DNA of 64,000 nt. Source: Clostridia bacterium (GTDB lineage Bacteria > Bacillota > Clostridia > UBA1381 > UMGS1253). The notes below the pieces were generated by a model. That model made no database searches and was not told where the DNA came from. It was given only the letters and a program-made list of their open reading frames with translations. Below, piece after piece: positions 40,164-49,918 of the stretch. How positions within the stretch are numbered: position 1 is the stretch's first letter; each line of letters opens with the position of its first letter. Where the stretch lies: NCBI GenBank assembly GCA_045652745.1, contig JAZRUW010000003.1:10032-74031 (forward strand), read 5' to 3'. Position numbers and translations under genes: made by a program.

Positions 40164-41132
40164 CTACTTCTTCAGGACGATCGCAGCCCATTCTCCCTTT
40201 TTGTGTATCTCCAGCACAGTAAAACCGCTTTGTTTAAGCTTAGTTTCCACCTCATCCAAACGCGCATGAATAATGCCGGACGTAATCATAACACCGCCAT
40301 CGCAAAGCGCATCGTAAGCAAAATCCGACAAGCCGATAATTACATCCGCGACGATATTTGCCAAAACAACATCATATTTCTTTTTGCCGATGGTTGCAAT
40401 CAGTGCCTCATCCGTAAGCACATTACCTGCTGCTGTTGTATATAAGTTTGAATCTATATTATTCTTTCGGGCGTTTTCTTCTGCAATTTTTACGGCATTC
40501 GGATCAATATCCACCGCAAACGCATCTTTCGCACCCAAAAGCATCGCCATGACAGACAAAATGCCGCTACCGCAACCAAGGTCAAGCACGCTGTCATCCG
40601 GATTCAAATAGTTCTCTAAACTCTCTAAGCAAAGCTGGGTGCTCTCATGCGTACCCGTACCAAAACTCATACCCGGATTGATTGTAAATACAATCCTGCC
40701 CTCCGTATCCTCAACCGTTTCCCACTCCGGACGAATTAACATTTTACGACCGAGTTTGAGCGGTTTGTAAAACTGTTTCCAATTCTCTCCCCAATCCTGT
40801 TCTTTCATATTGTTTACGGTTACACTCAATTTGCCCAGCAGGCCTTGCGTATCCTCCGCTTTCAATTCCGCAAGTCGCGCCTTGATTTGCGCCAGTTGCG
40901 CTTTGCCGTGGTCATTATCTTTTAAATACACTTTTACAACCGTCGGCGCATGCGCACGCTCCATCAGTTCTTCATCGACATAATCCCAATACTGTGTATT
41001 TTCTTCCAAAAACGTCGTAAAATCCTCAGCATCTTCAATTTCAGTTCCGGTAATGTCCATTGCATATAACATGCCGCAAACCGGATCAATTCCGGTATTT
41101 AGCGTTTCAATTCCGACCTGCATCCATTCCAT
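40164..41132 (-). CDS. prmA: Ribosomal protein L11 methyltransferase
   Basis: NPGMSFGTGTHEST, LDLGCGSGILS and ANIVA motifs; ATG at 41132. Confidence 0.95.
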   Translation of the reverse strand: MEWMQVGIETLNTGIDPVCGMLYAMDITGTEIEDAEDFTTFLEENTQYWDYVDEELMERAHAPTVVKVYLKDNDHGKAQLAQIKARLAELKAEDTQGLLGKLSVTVNNMKEQDWGENWKQFYKPLKLGRKMLIRPEWETVEDTEGRIVFTINPGMSFGTGTHESTQLCLESLENYLNPDDSVLDLGCGSGILSVMAMLLGAKDAFAVDIDPNAVKIAEENARKNNIDSNLYTTAAGNVLTDEALIATIGKKKYDVVLANIVADVIIGLSDFAYDALCDGGVMITSGIIHARLDEVETKLKQSGFTVLEIHKKGEWAAIVLKK

Positions 41133-41192
41133 TTTATATACCCCCTGCATTATAGTTTCAATGCAACTGTTTGATATTGAACCAATGCGCAT

Positions 41193-41260
41193 ATTATACC
41201 AAATTTTACATACATTTGTCAACGCCTACACTTGACAGTTTTTCGTTAAATGATTATAAT
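41193..41260. promoter_or_regulatory. Back-to-back sigma-A promoters (prmA on minus, rluA-family gene on plus)
   Basis: Minus: TTGACA(41222-41217)-18 bp-TATAAT. Plus: TTGACA(41232)-17 bp-TATAAT(41255). Confidence 0.75.
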
Positions 41261-41295
41261 TACAAACATAATAATAAGATTTTGAAAGGTTAGCC

Positions 41296-42252
41296 ATGAG
41301 GACCGTTATTGTAAACAAAAATGATGCAGGACAACGCATTGACCGCTATATGAGCAAAATGTTTACCTCCATGCCGCAAAGCCTGATTTACAAATCGCTT
41401 CGCAAAGATTGCGTTAAAGTAAACGGCAAGCATGTGAAAGAGGGGTTTAAACTTAGCGAAGGTGACGAAATCAAATTCTACATCAAAGATGAATTTTTTG
41501 ACGAAAAACCCGCCGAACAAGCATTTTTGCAAGTAAAGCCGCACCTTGAAATTGTATATGAAGATGAAAATATCCTGCTTGTAAACAAACCCGCAGGTCT
41601 TGTAGTGCATGAAGATGAAAGCGGTACACCGAACACCCTAATTGCACAGGTACAAGCCTACCTGTATCAGCAAGGAGAATATCGTCCCGACGAGGAGCAT
41701 ACTTTCGCTCCTGCGCTGTGTAACCGTATTGACCGCAATACCTCCGGCATTGTTATCTGTGCCAAAAATGCAGAAACACTGCGCATTATGAACCAAAAAA
41801 TCAAAGACAGAGAACTTATCAAGCTCTATCTATGTTTGGCGTTCGGCCGCATGGAAAAGAAGTCCGACATTTTAGAAGGCTATCTATCAAAAGATGAACG
41901 TACGAAAACCGTAACCGTAACAAACAAGCGCGCGCCAAACACAAAACAAATCCGCACGAAGTACACCGTACTGGGTTACAAAGACGGTATTTCGCTGTTG
42001 GAAATTGATTTGCTTACAGGCAGGACGCATCAAATCCGCGCGCACCTCGCCCACATCGGTCATCCGCTTGTCGGCGACGGAAAGTACGGAAGCAACGCCG
42101 ACAACAAGCGTGTGCAAAGAAAATATCAGGCACTTTGTTCCTATAAATTAACTTTTAAATTTTTGACAGATGCCGGCATTTTAAACTATTTAAACAACAA
42201 GACATTCTCAGTTAAAAAGGTGGATTTTGCAGAAAACTTTTACAACAAATAA
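41296..42252 (+). CDS. RluA/RluC-family pseudouridine synthase with S4 domain
   Basis: GQRIDR, NKPAGL, NRIDRNTSG, TGRTHQIR and GDGKYG motifs. Confidence 0.93.
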   Translation: MRTVIVNKNDAGQRIDRYMSKMFTSMPQSLIYKSLRKDCVKVNGKHVKEGFKLSEGDEIKFYIKDEFFDEKPAEQAFLQVKPHLEIVYEDENILLVNKPAGLVVHEDESGTPNTLIAQVQAYLYQQGEYRPDEEHTFAPALCNRIDRNTSGIVICAKNAETLRIMNQKIKDRELIKLYLCLAFGRMEKKSDILEGYLSKDERTKTVTVTNKRAPNTKQIRTKYTVLGYKDGISLLEIDLLTGRTHQIRAHLAHIGHPLVGDGKYGSNADNKRVQRKYQALCSYKLTFKFLTDAGILNYLNNKTFSVKKVDFAENFYNK

Positions 42253-42274
42253 AAGGCGCGCTGCGCCTTTTTTT
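42251..42274 (+). terminator. Intrinsic terminator
   Basis: AAAAGGCGC-GCT-GCGCCTTTTTTT. Confidence 0.7.
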
Positions 42275-42349
42275 CCTCTGGCATATTCCTGATTTTTGCG
42301 CACAACAAATTTGCTGAACAAAAATTCCAGAATAAAATTTGCAACAAAA

Positions 42350-42376
42350 AAAGCGAAAGACTGTATCTTTCGCTTT
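42350..42376 (-). terminator. Intrinsic terminator of the aminotransferase gene
   Basis: AAAGCGAAAGA-CTGTA-TCTTTCGCTTT; T-run on the minus strand. Confidence 0.7.
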
Positions 42377-42381
42377 CATTT

Positions 42382-43569
42382 TTATGCTTTTAAGAATTCT
42401 TCAAGTCTATCCAGACCTTTTTGAATGTTTTCCATGCTCGTTGCATAGGACCAACGCACATAGTCATCCGCAGCAAAACCGCTGCCCGGTACGACTGCTA
42501 CAAGCGCCTTATCCAAAAACGCATTTGCAAAATCATCCGATGTTTCAATTTTCACACCGCCGAGCGTTTTACCCTTAAGCGCAGAAATATTCATCATTAC
42601 ATAGAATGCGCCCTTCGGTTCTCTGCACGAAACGCCGTCAATACCGTTAATACGCTTTACCATATACTGTCGACGCTCATCAAATGCAGCCTTCATTTTC
42701 AACATCTCATCCATCGGACCGTCCAACGCCGCAATTGCCGCCGCTTGCGCAACAGAATTCGGATTGGAGGTTGCATGGCTCTGGATATTGCTCATTACTT
42801 TGGCAACCTCGGCACAACATGCCGTGTAACCGATACGCCATCCGGTCATTGCATAGGTTTTCGAAACACCGTTTACGATAATCGTTCTTTTAAAAATTTC
42901 CTCACCGAGCGCCGCAATGCTTGTCGGAAACTCACCGTAAACAAGATGTTCATAAATTTCATCGGAAACCACATACAAATCATGACGAACACACACATCC
43001 GCAATCGCAAGCAACTCTTCTTTGGAGTACACCATGCCGGTCGGATTGCTCGGTGTGTTTAACACAAGCGCACGTGTCTTCGGCGTGATAGCTGCTTCCA
43101 ATTCCTTTGCTGTAAACTTAAAATCATTTTCTTCTTTGGTCATCAGTACCACCGGAACACCGTCCGCCATTTTTACCATTTCCGGATAACTTACCCAGAA
43201 CGGTGCCGGAATAATAACTTCATCGCCCGGATTGCAAATTGCATTAAAAACATTCATCAAAGAATGTTTCGCACCATTGGATACAACAATATTTTCCGGC
43301 GCATACGTCAGGCCGTTATCACGCTGCAGTTTACGGCAAATCGCCGCCTTCAACTCCGGCGTGCCGGATGCCGGTGTATATTTTGTCTTTCCGTCCAAAA
43401 TCGCCGCAATCGCCGCATCCTTGATGTGCTTCGGTGTATCAAAATCCGGCTCTCCCGCGCCAAAAGCCACAACATCAATGCCCTGTGCTTTCATCGCTTT
43501 TGCCTTCGAATCAATTGCAAGTGTTGACGACGGACTCACGCGCGCTGCCTTATCTGCTATAAAACTCAT
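42382..43569 (-). CDS. PLP-dependent class I aminotransferase (aspartate aminotransferase-like)
   Basis: GEPDF, PSNPTG, SDEIY and SKTYAMTGWRIG motifs; ATG at 43569 after GGAGG. Confidence 0.93.
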   Translation of the reverse strand: MSFIADKAARVSPSSTLAIDSKAKAMKAQGIDVVAFGAGEPDFDTPKHIKDAAIAAILDGKTKYTPASGTPELKAAICRKLQRDNGLTYAPENIVVSNGAKHSLMNVFNAICNPGDEVIIPAPFWVSYPEMVKMADGVPVVLMTKEENDFKFTAKELEAAITPKTRALVLNTPSNPTGMVYSKEELLAIADVCVRHDLYVVSDEIYEHLVYGEFPTSIAALGEEIFKRTIIVNGVSKTYAMTGWRIGYTACCAEVAKVMSNIQSHATSNPNSVAQAAAIAALDGPMDEMLKMKAAFDERRQYMVKRINGIDGVSCREPKGAFYVMMNISALKGKTLGGVKIETSDDFANAFLDKALVAVVPGSGFAADDYVRWSYATSMENIQKGLDRLEEFLKA

Positions 43570-43700
43570 TATTCTTCCTCCGTTTTTGCATCTTCTCAAA
43601 CCAAAAATTTCATTTCTTTTCTAAACTTTCTGTATTCTATCACAATTTTGCAAGATATGCAAGTATAAAATTCAAAAAAATTATGATTTTAATTACAAAT

Positions 43701-44975
43701 TCATAACAAATACATTCCAAATGCCATAATTCCAATGTTGTTTTGATAAATTTGAGCAAATTGTGACAATGGTAATGGATTTTGCCCACGGCCGACTTCC
43801 ACGGTATATCCCGGTCGATTGTACGTTTGTATATACCAATCTTTATATCCAGCAGCACCGGATGCAATCGGCGTGTTTTCCAGTCCATAGCCGCTTACAG
43901 ATGCAAATGCCTCACCGATTTCTAACGACCGCGGCGGAAGATATTCATCAAAACGCCAGTATATGACTTCCCCTTGCGTATGATATGAAATTGTCAACAA
44001 AAAATTATTGGCAATTGTAAATTCCTCCATGGCAATACTCTCCGGCTCTGAAAGCGGCGACGGCCCTACATAATCCCGTGGTGCCGGACCGGTAAATCCC
44101 TGTGCATACTTTATTTCTTTCGCACGTTCCCACTGTGCCGGATAGTTCAAATTCAAATCCACACCGCGTATATTGGCCTTCCATCCGCTCGGAAACGGTA
44201 TTTCGGCATACTGCATTGCAATTTCTTTTGCACCTTCAAGCGCGCGCCCTTGGGTTACACCGGCAACTAAATCCACACCATCCGCATTGACCATCGGTAC
44301 AATATAAAGTTTCGTTTTAAAATACAGTTGCCTTGCATCCACATCTGAAATATTTTCCCCATTGTAAATCGCCAGCAGATAATCTTCCAAAAATTTCAGA
44401 ACAAGCGGGGTGGTAATCCACTCATTTGCGTGATGCGACGCATTGTACATTAGCGGCATTTGACCCGTTCCGACACGCGCAGAGTACATAGCTTTTCCCT
44501 GAACGCTTTCACCGATACTTTCAACACTGCAAATCGGATAACGTTTAGAAAGTCCATCCATAATTAAGGATAAATAATAGTAAGTATACTGCACATCCGT
44601 CGCAACCACATCAAATCCAAGTGGCACCGTAATTGTTGTCCCCTCTGTCAAATTCAACGGGTCTATATCCGGATTCGCTCTTCGGATTGCCGAAACACTT
44701 GTAGCATATCTTCTAGCAAGCGAATAATACGTGTCGCCTCCACGAACCCGTACTGTGATATAACCCCGCAGATACGCTTCAAGCGCATCGCGCGTCGTCG
44801 CATCTACAATGCCGCTTGCTCGCAAATCATTGCCGAGTTGAAAGGCTTCCAAAGCGGATAATGTATTTTCACCAAAAAAGCCGTCAACAGACAATATTGT
44901 GCCCGCTCTGCGCAATGCAAGTTGTAGAAGCTGTACATATGCACCGCTGTCTCCGAATTTAAGATTTAATATCAT
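43701..44975 (-). CDS. M14 gamma-D-glutamyl-meso-DAP endopeptidase (YqgT-like) with PG-binding and LysM domains
   Basis: N-terminal PG_binding_1 (DG.FG..T..A...FQ), LysM (VRGGDTYYSLARRY), and HHANE, VDLNLNY, EPES, SYHTQG and YTVE motifs. Confidence 0.88.
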   Translation of the reverse strand: MILNLKFGDSGAYVQLLQLALRRAGTILSVDGFFGENTLSALEAFQLGNDLRASGIVDATTRDALEAYLRGYITVRVRGGDTYYSLARRYATSVSAIRRANPDIDPLNLTEGTTITVPLGFDVVATDVQYTYYYLSLIMDGLSKRYPICSVESIGESVQGKAMYSARVGTGQMPLMYNASHHANEWITTPLVLKFLEDYLLAIYNGENISDVDARQLYFKTKLYIVPMVNADGVDLVAGVTQGRALEGAKEIAMQYAEIPFPSGWKANIRGVDLNLNYPAQWERAKEIKYAQGFTGPAPRDYVGPSPLSEPESIAMEEFTIANNFLLTISYHTQGEVIYWRFDEYLPPRSLEIGEAFASVSGYGLENTPIASGAAGYKDWYIQTYNRPGYTVEVGRGQNPLPLSQFAQIYQNNIGIMAFGMYLL

Positions 44976-45688
44976 AACACATCCTCCTGGCTCTGCATTT
45001 TTTCCCGTAATTTTTCCATCGCCTTTTTTTCAATGCGAGATACATAAGAGCGGGAAATATGCATTTTTAATGCAACTTCCCTCTGTGCAAGCGCATCATG
45101 TCCATTCAAGCCATACCGCATGGATATAATCTCGCGCTCACGCGGATTTAAACATTCATTTATATACAAATACAATTTTTCTATATCGTTTTTCATTTGT
45201 ACGCAATCTTCAATCTTTTCACTTTCATCCTGAATTACATGCATAAAAGAAAGCGCATTTCCTTCCGAGTCCGTCCCGACGGGTTCGTCAAGCGAAATCT
45301 CACATCGCTTATTTTTCAAAGCACGAAAATGCATCAGGATTTCATTGTGAATACAACGTGCCGCATAGGTTGCCAGACGGATTTGCTTTTCGCCGTCAAA
45401 ACTGTCCACTGCTTTAATTAGTCCTATCGTACCGATAGAAATTAAATCTTCCGTATCTGCATCCGCCTCCGAGCCTGCATATTTCTTGACCACATGCGCC
45501 ACCAAACGCAGGTTATGTTCTATTATTTTATCCCGCGCACACGCATCTCCACCACGCATCCGTTCAATACATTCCGCCTCTTCCTTTGCGGACAGCGGCT
45601 TCGGAAAAGCCGTGCCACCGGACATATACCCCGCAAACAGAAAGTTTTTAAACCATATGGACAACAAATTAAGCAAGTCAATCCACAT
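44972..45688 (-). CDS. sigK: Sporulation sigma factor pro-sigma-K
   Basis: Hydrophobic pro-sequence, then GY....FPKPLS, IEHNLRLVAHVVKKY, DLISIGTIGLIKA, LATYAARCI.NEILM and ISRSYVSRIEKKA; ATG at 45688. Confidence 0.92.
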   Translation of the reverse strand: MWIDLLNLLSIWFKNFLFAGYMSGGTAFPKPLSAKEEAECIERMRGGDACARDKIIEHNLRLVAHVVKKYAGSEADADTEDLISIGTIGLIKAVDSFDGEKQIRLATYAARCIHNEILMHFRALKNKRCEISLDEPVGTDSEGNALSFMHVIQDESEKIEDCVQMKNDIEKLYLYINECLNPREREIISMRYGLNGHDALAQREVALKMHISRSYVSRIEKKAMEKLREKMQSQEDVL

Positions 45689-45806
45689 TTTAATTCCCCC
45701 AAAATTCATTCTATGTTTAAGTATATGCGCCATTTTTAAAAATCTGTTTGTCCCTTTGAATTGACAACATATAAGTCGCATGATAGAATTAAATTGAGGT
45801 GTAAAA

Positions 45807-46355
45807 ATGAGTACAAGAAGAAAAACAGACAAACGATCGTCTGTCCGTGACATAACATATATTGCATTTTCTACTGCCGTTTTGGTGCTATGCTCCTGGT
45901 TGCGTCTACCGTTTGTAATCCCGATAACAATGCAAAGTTTCGGTGTCTTTATTGCCATGGGACTTTTAGGCGGCAAACGTTCTTTTTTTGCAGTATTACT
46001 CTACCTGCTTTTAGGCTGTATCGGTCTGCCGGTATTTGCAGGATTTGCCGGCGGCATCGGATATCTGCTCGGCAGTACCGGCGGCTATATTTTCGGCTTT
46101 CTTCTGCCTCCGCTCTTTTTATGGCTCTGCGAAAAGGTACTGCCAAACTGTAAATATATTTTTATTGTATGCGCCGTCATAGGTCTGTTGGGCTGTTACG
46201 CCATCGGTACAATCTGGTATGCATTTGTGTACGCACAAAGTAGCGATATAAACATTCTAAGCCTTTGCGTAACTCCTTTTGTGTTACCGGACTTGTTAAA
46301 ACTGCTGACAGCGCATCTAATCTACACACGACTAAAAAATCATATAAGTTTGTAA
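45807..46355 (+). CDS. bioY: Biotin transporter BioY
   Basis: PITMQSF, YLLLG.IGLPVFAG, G.TGGYIFGF and PFV..D..K motifs. Confidence 0.92.
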   Translation: MSTRRKTDKRSSVRDITYIAFSTAVLVLCSWLRLPFVIPITMQSFGVFIAMGLLGGKRSFFAVLLYLLLGCIGLPVFAGFAGGIGYLLGSTGGYIFGFLLPPLFLWLCEKVLPNCKYIFIVCAVIGLLGCYAIGTIWYAFVYAQSSDINILSLCVTPFVLPDLLKLLTAHLIYTRLKNHISL

Positions 46356-46383
46356 TTATCAACCAAAAAAGTTCTATCGTTTC

Positions 46384-46508
46384 AAAAATGTTAAGACACC
46401 GGCAAATACAGCATACCGAAAGGCCGACAACGCAACGTAAGAACGCATCAAGCGCATTTCGGTGTAACGCCGACTGTGTATAAAACAACGCACAATAAAA
46501 AAGACTAA
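46384..46508 (+). pseudogene. Decayed C-terminal fragment of an AraC-family HTH regulator
   Basis: Frameshifted KML/DTGKYSI...HFGVTPTVYK before stop TAA at 46506; no start codon. Confidence 0.45.
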
Positions 46509-46595
46509 TTAAAAACTCAAATTATTGATTTTAATAAAATTTTATGCTATACTTATATTAATAGAGCAAAATTTAGTTTCGGGAGGTCCTGTCTT

Positions 46596-48512
46596 ATGGC
46601 AAATACAACTACAAAAACACTGTACGGCATCACAGACTATCAATTGTTTTTATTCAGACAGGGCACCAATTCGCAAGCATACAAAATGCTTGGTTGTCAC
46701 AAGTGCAGCCAGCCCGATTTTTCCGGTTATCGCTTTGCAGTATGGGCACCTAATGCCAAAGCCGTTGCATTAGTCGGCGACTTTAATAGCTGGAATACTG
46801 CAGACTGTCCGCTGACGCCGATGGAAGACAGCGGGATTTGGATCGGGATTACTGACCGTATCGAAGAAGGCGGCGTATACAAGTATGCCATTACCACACA
46901 AACTGACGAAATCATTTTCAAAGCAGACCCTTACGGCTTTTTGTGCGAACAGCGTCCACAAACAGCTTCCGTCGTGCATTCTTTAGGCACTTACAAGTGG
47001 CAAGACAAAAAATGGCAGGCTACAAAAGCAAAGACCGCGCCGTACGACAAACCGATGCTGATTTATGAGGCACACTTAGGCTCCTGGCGTCGCAAAGAAG
47101 ACGGAAGCGTCTACACATACGAGGAGTTGATTGATACGCTCATTCCTTATGTCAAGGGCATGGGCTATACGCATTTAGAGTTAATGCCGCTCTCTGAGCA
47201 TCCGTATGACGGTTCTTGGGGGTATCAGGTTACGGGATACTATGCCGCTACCAGCCGTTACGGCACACCGGAGCAGCTGATGAAGTTCATCGATGCCTGC
47301 CATCAAAACGGTATCGGCGTAATCATGGACTGGGTACCTGCGCACTTTCCGCGCGATGCACACGGACTTGCAAAATTCGACGGCATGCCGCTCTACGAAT
47401 ATGCTGACCCAAAAATCGGCGAACACAAGGAATGGGGTACACTTGTTTTTGACTTTGGAAGAACCGAGGTCCTCTCTTTCCTCATCTCGAACGCTTATTT
47501 TTGGTTTGATATGTATCACATCGACGGTCTTCGCGTTGATGCGGTTTCCTCCATGCTCTATCGTGACTACAACCGAAACCACGGCGAATGGATTGCAAAC
47601 AAAGACGGCGGTAATGAAAACTACGAAGCCGTTAAGTTTTTACAGATGCTCAATTCTGCCATATTCAAAGATTACCCGAACGCATTGATGATTGCAGAAG
47701 AATCCACAGCCTGGCCGAGCGTAACCAAACCGGTTGATCAAGGTGGCCTCGGTTTTAACTACAAATGGAATATGGGTTGGATGAACGACTCGCTTCGTTA
47801 TATGTCCCTTGACCCGTATTTTAGAAAGTACAATCATAACGCATTGACATTTTCTATGTTCTATGCATTCTCGGAAAACTATATCTTACCGCTCTCGCAT
47901 GATGAGGTTGTGCACGGCAAGCGTTCTCTGATTGATAAGATGTACGGCACATATGAAGAAAAATTCAAAAGTTTAAAAGCCTTTTATGCTTATATGATGG
48001 CGCACCCGGGCAAAAAATTGCTCTTCATGGGCGGAGAATTCGGCCAGTTTATCGAATGGCGGCCGGAAGAAGGTTTAGATTGGAATCTGCACGAATACGA
48101 TACACATGACGGTCTTTTACGCTTTGTACAGTTCTTAAATGAAACATACAAAAACGAAAAGAGTTTTTGGCAAATCGAAGACAGTTGGGATGGCTTTAAG
48201 TGGATTAACGCCTCGGACGAAAACAACAGCGTTTTAAGTTTTATCCGCACGGCGAAAGCAAAATCCAACCAAGTTGTTGTCATTTCAAATTTCACACCCG
48301 TTTCCAGAACGAATTACAGCATCGGCGTGCCGCAAGGCGGCGAATACGAAGTTATATTAAACAGTGATTCAACCGAGTTTAACGGTTCTGTACCCCCTAT
48401 GACAACAGTTAAAGCAAAAAAGAAACCTTGGGGCGAGTTTAAATATACATTAGAACTTGACTTACCTTCCCTGACAACGCTGTATTTAAAACGCAAAAAA
48501 GCAGGAAAATAA
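46596..48512 (+). CDS. glgB: 1,4-alpha-glucan branching enzyme
   Basis: WAPNA, SWGYQ, DWVPAHF, DGLRVDAV, IAEES and LSHDEVVHGK motifs. Confidence 0.97.
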   Translation: MANTTTKTLYGITDYQLFLFRQGTNSQAYKMLGCHKCSQPDFSGYRFAVWAPNAKAVALVGDFNSWNTADCPLTPMEDSGIWIGITDRIEEGGVYKYAITTQTDEIIFKADPYGFLCEQRPQTASVVHSLGTYKWQDKKWQATKAKTAPYDKPMLIYEAHLGSWRRKEDGSVYTYEELIDTLIPYVKGMGYTHLELMPLSEHPYDGSWGYQVTGYYAATSRYGTPEQLMKFIDACHQNGIGVIMDWVPAHFPRDAHGLAKFDGMPLYEYADPKIGEHKEWGTLVFDFGRTEVLSFLISNAYFWFDMYHIDGLRVDAVSSMLYRDYNRNHGEWIANKDGGNENYEAVKFLQMLNSAIFKDYPNALMIAEESTAWPSVTKPVDQGGLGFNYKWNMGWMNDSLRYMSLDPYFRKYNHNALTFSMFYAFSENYILPLSHDEVVHGKRSLIDKMYGTYEEKFKSLKAFYAYMMAHPGKKLLFMGGEFGQFIEWRPEEGLDWNLHEYDTHDGLLRFVQFLNETYKNEKSFWQIEDSWDGFKWINASDENNSVLSFIRTAKAKSNQVVVISNFTPVSRTNYSIGVPQGGEYEVILNSDSTEFNGSVPPMTTVKAKKKPWGEFKYTLELDLPSLTTLYLKRKKAGK

Positions 48513-48685
48513 TCATATTTGCATCTCAAACTGCATAGGTTAAATGTATGCAGTTTCAGAAATATTAGTTTCACATTTCGCCATAACATGGTTGCAGGTG
48601 CCTATGGTTCGGAAACATGCAGACACCGGGGAACACGCTACGCGCGAAATGACAGTTTATTCATAACGTGAGGAGGAAAAGAACT

Positions 48686-49918
48686 ATGACAAACTGTGTA
48701 GGCATGATACTTGCCGGCGGTCAGGGCAGTCGTTTGGGCGCACTGACAAAGGATGTTGCAAAGCCGGCCGTACCGTTCGGCGGAAAGTACAGAATCATTG
48801 ACTTTGCACTTTCCAACTGCACACACTCCGGCATTGAAGCTGTGGGGGTATTAACGCAGTACCAACCTCTCGAATTAAACACATACATCGGCAACGGTGT
48901 ACCGTGGGATTTAGACCGTAACTATGGCGGCGTGTATGTTCTGCCGCCGTATGTAAAAGCCGAAAAGGGTGAGTGGTACAAAGGTACCGCCAATGCAATT
49001 TACCAAAATATCAGTTTTATAGAGCAATACGCACCGAACTATGTTTTAATCATGTCCGGTGACCATATTTATAAAATGGACTATGCAAAGATGCTGAGTG
49101 CGCACATCAAAGCAGGCGCTGAGGCAACTGTTGCCGTAATGCCCGTTCCGTGGGAAGAGGCACCGCGTTTCGGCATCATGAATGTAGACAGCGAAGACCG
49201 CATTGTAGAGTTCGCAGAAAAACCGAAGGAACCAAAGAGCAATTTGGCTTCGATGGGTATTTACATTTTCAATTGGCAAACACTCAAAAAATACCTGATT
49301 GTTGACGAAAACAATCCGAATTCCGAAAACGATTTCGGCAAAAACATCATTCCGCAAATGCTTGCAAACGATGAAATCATGTTTGCATACCATTACTCGG
49401 ATTATTGGCGCGATGTCGGCACAATTCAAAGTTTGTGGGAAGCCCATATGGATATGCTTACAGATCCGCCGCTACTGGACATCAACGACCCGAAATGGCG
49501 AATTTTCTCCAGAAATCCGGTAAAACCGCCGCATTACATTTCTACGGATGCCGTGCTTAAAAATTGTTGCATCACGGAAGGCTGCTATATCAACGGTACA
49601 ATTGAACGTTCCGTTCTTTCCGAAGGTGTAGACGTGGCCGACGGAGCAATTGTGCGTGACAGTGTAATCATGCCGAATGTCAAAATCGGCGCAGGGGCCG
49701 TAATTGAAAAAGCTGTCATCGGTCCGGGCGCAGTAATCGGCGAAAATGTGAAAATCGGAGTCCATGCTTCGGAGGATAATCCATACGCATCCTCGATGTG
49801 TACTGACGGCATCGTGCTTTTGCAAGGCGGCGTTACAATTGCCGACAACACGGAGATTTTCAAAGGCGCAATGGTAGAAATCGAAGATACAAATACGCAA
49901 GGAGGTGTTGAGTTATGA
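48686..49918 (+). CDS. glgC: Glucose-1-phosphate adenylyltransferase
   Basis: [11 protein letters not shown]...[26 protein letters not shown] and YWRDVGT motifs; ATG at 48686. Confidence 0.96.
   Translation: MTNCVGMILAGGQGSRLGALTKDVAKPAVPFGGKYRIIDFALSNCTHSGIEAVGVLTQYQPLELNTYIGNGVPWDLDRNYGGVYVLPPYVKAEKGEWYKGTANAIYQNISFIEQYAPNYVLIMSGDHIYKMDYAKMLSAHIKAGAEATVAVMPVPWEEAPRFGIMNVDSEDRIVEFAEKPKEPKSNLASMGIYIFNWQTLKKYLIVDENNPNSENDFGKNIIPQMLANDEIMFAYHYSDYWRDVGTIQSLWEAHMDMLTDPPLLDINDPKWRIFSRNPVKPPHYISTDAVLKNCCITEGCYINGTIERSVLSEGVDVADGAIVRDSVIMPNVKIGAGAVIEKAVIGPGAVIGENVKIGVHASEDNPYASSMCTDGIVLLQGGVTIADNTEIFKGAMVEIEDTNTQGGVEL

Noticed and set aside
41710-41750. CNRID instead of HRLD in the pseudouridine synthase
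   Set aside because: The catalytic Asp is retained, and I recognise this as an ordinary variant of the subfamily.
45689-45976. N-terminal extensions in the ORF track (sigK, and likewise prmA, rimP, ylxQ, glmU)
   Set aside because: They run through promoters or neighbouring genes; RBS-supported downstream starts give normal lengths.
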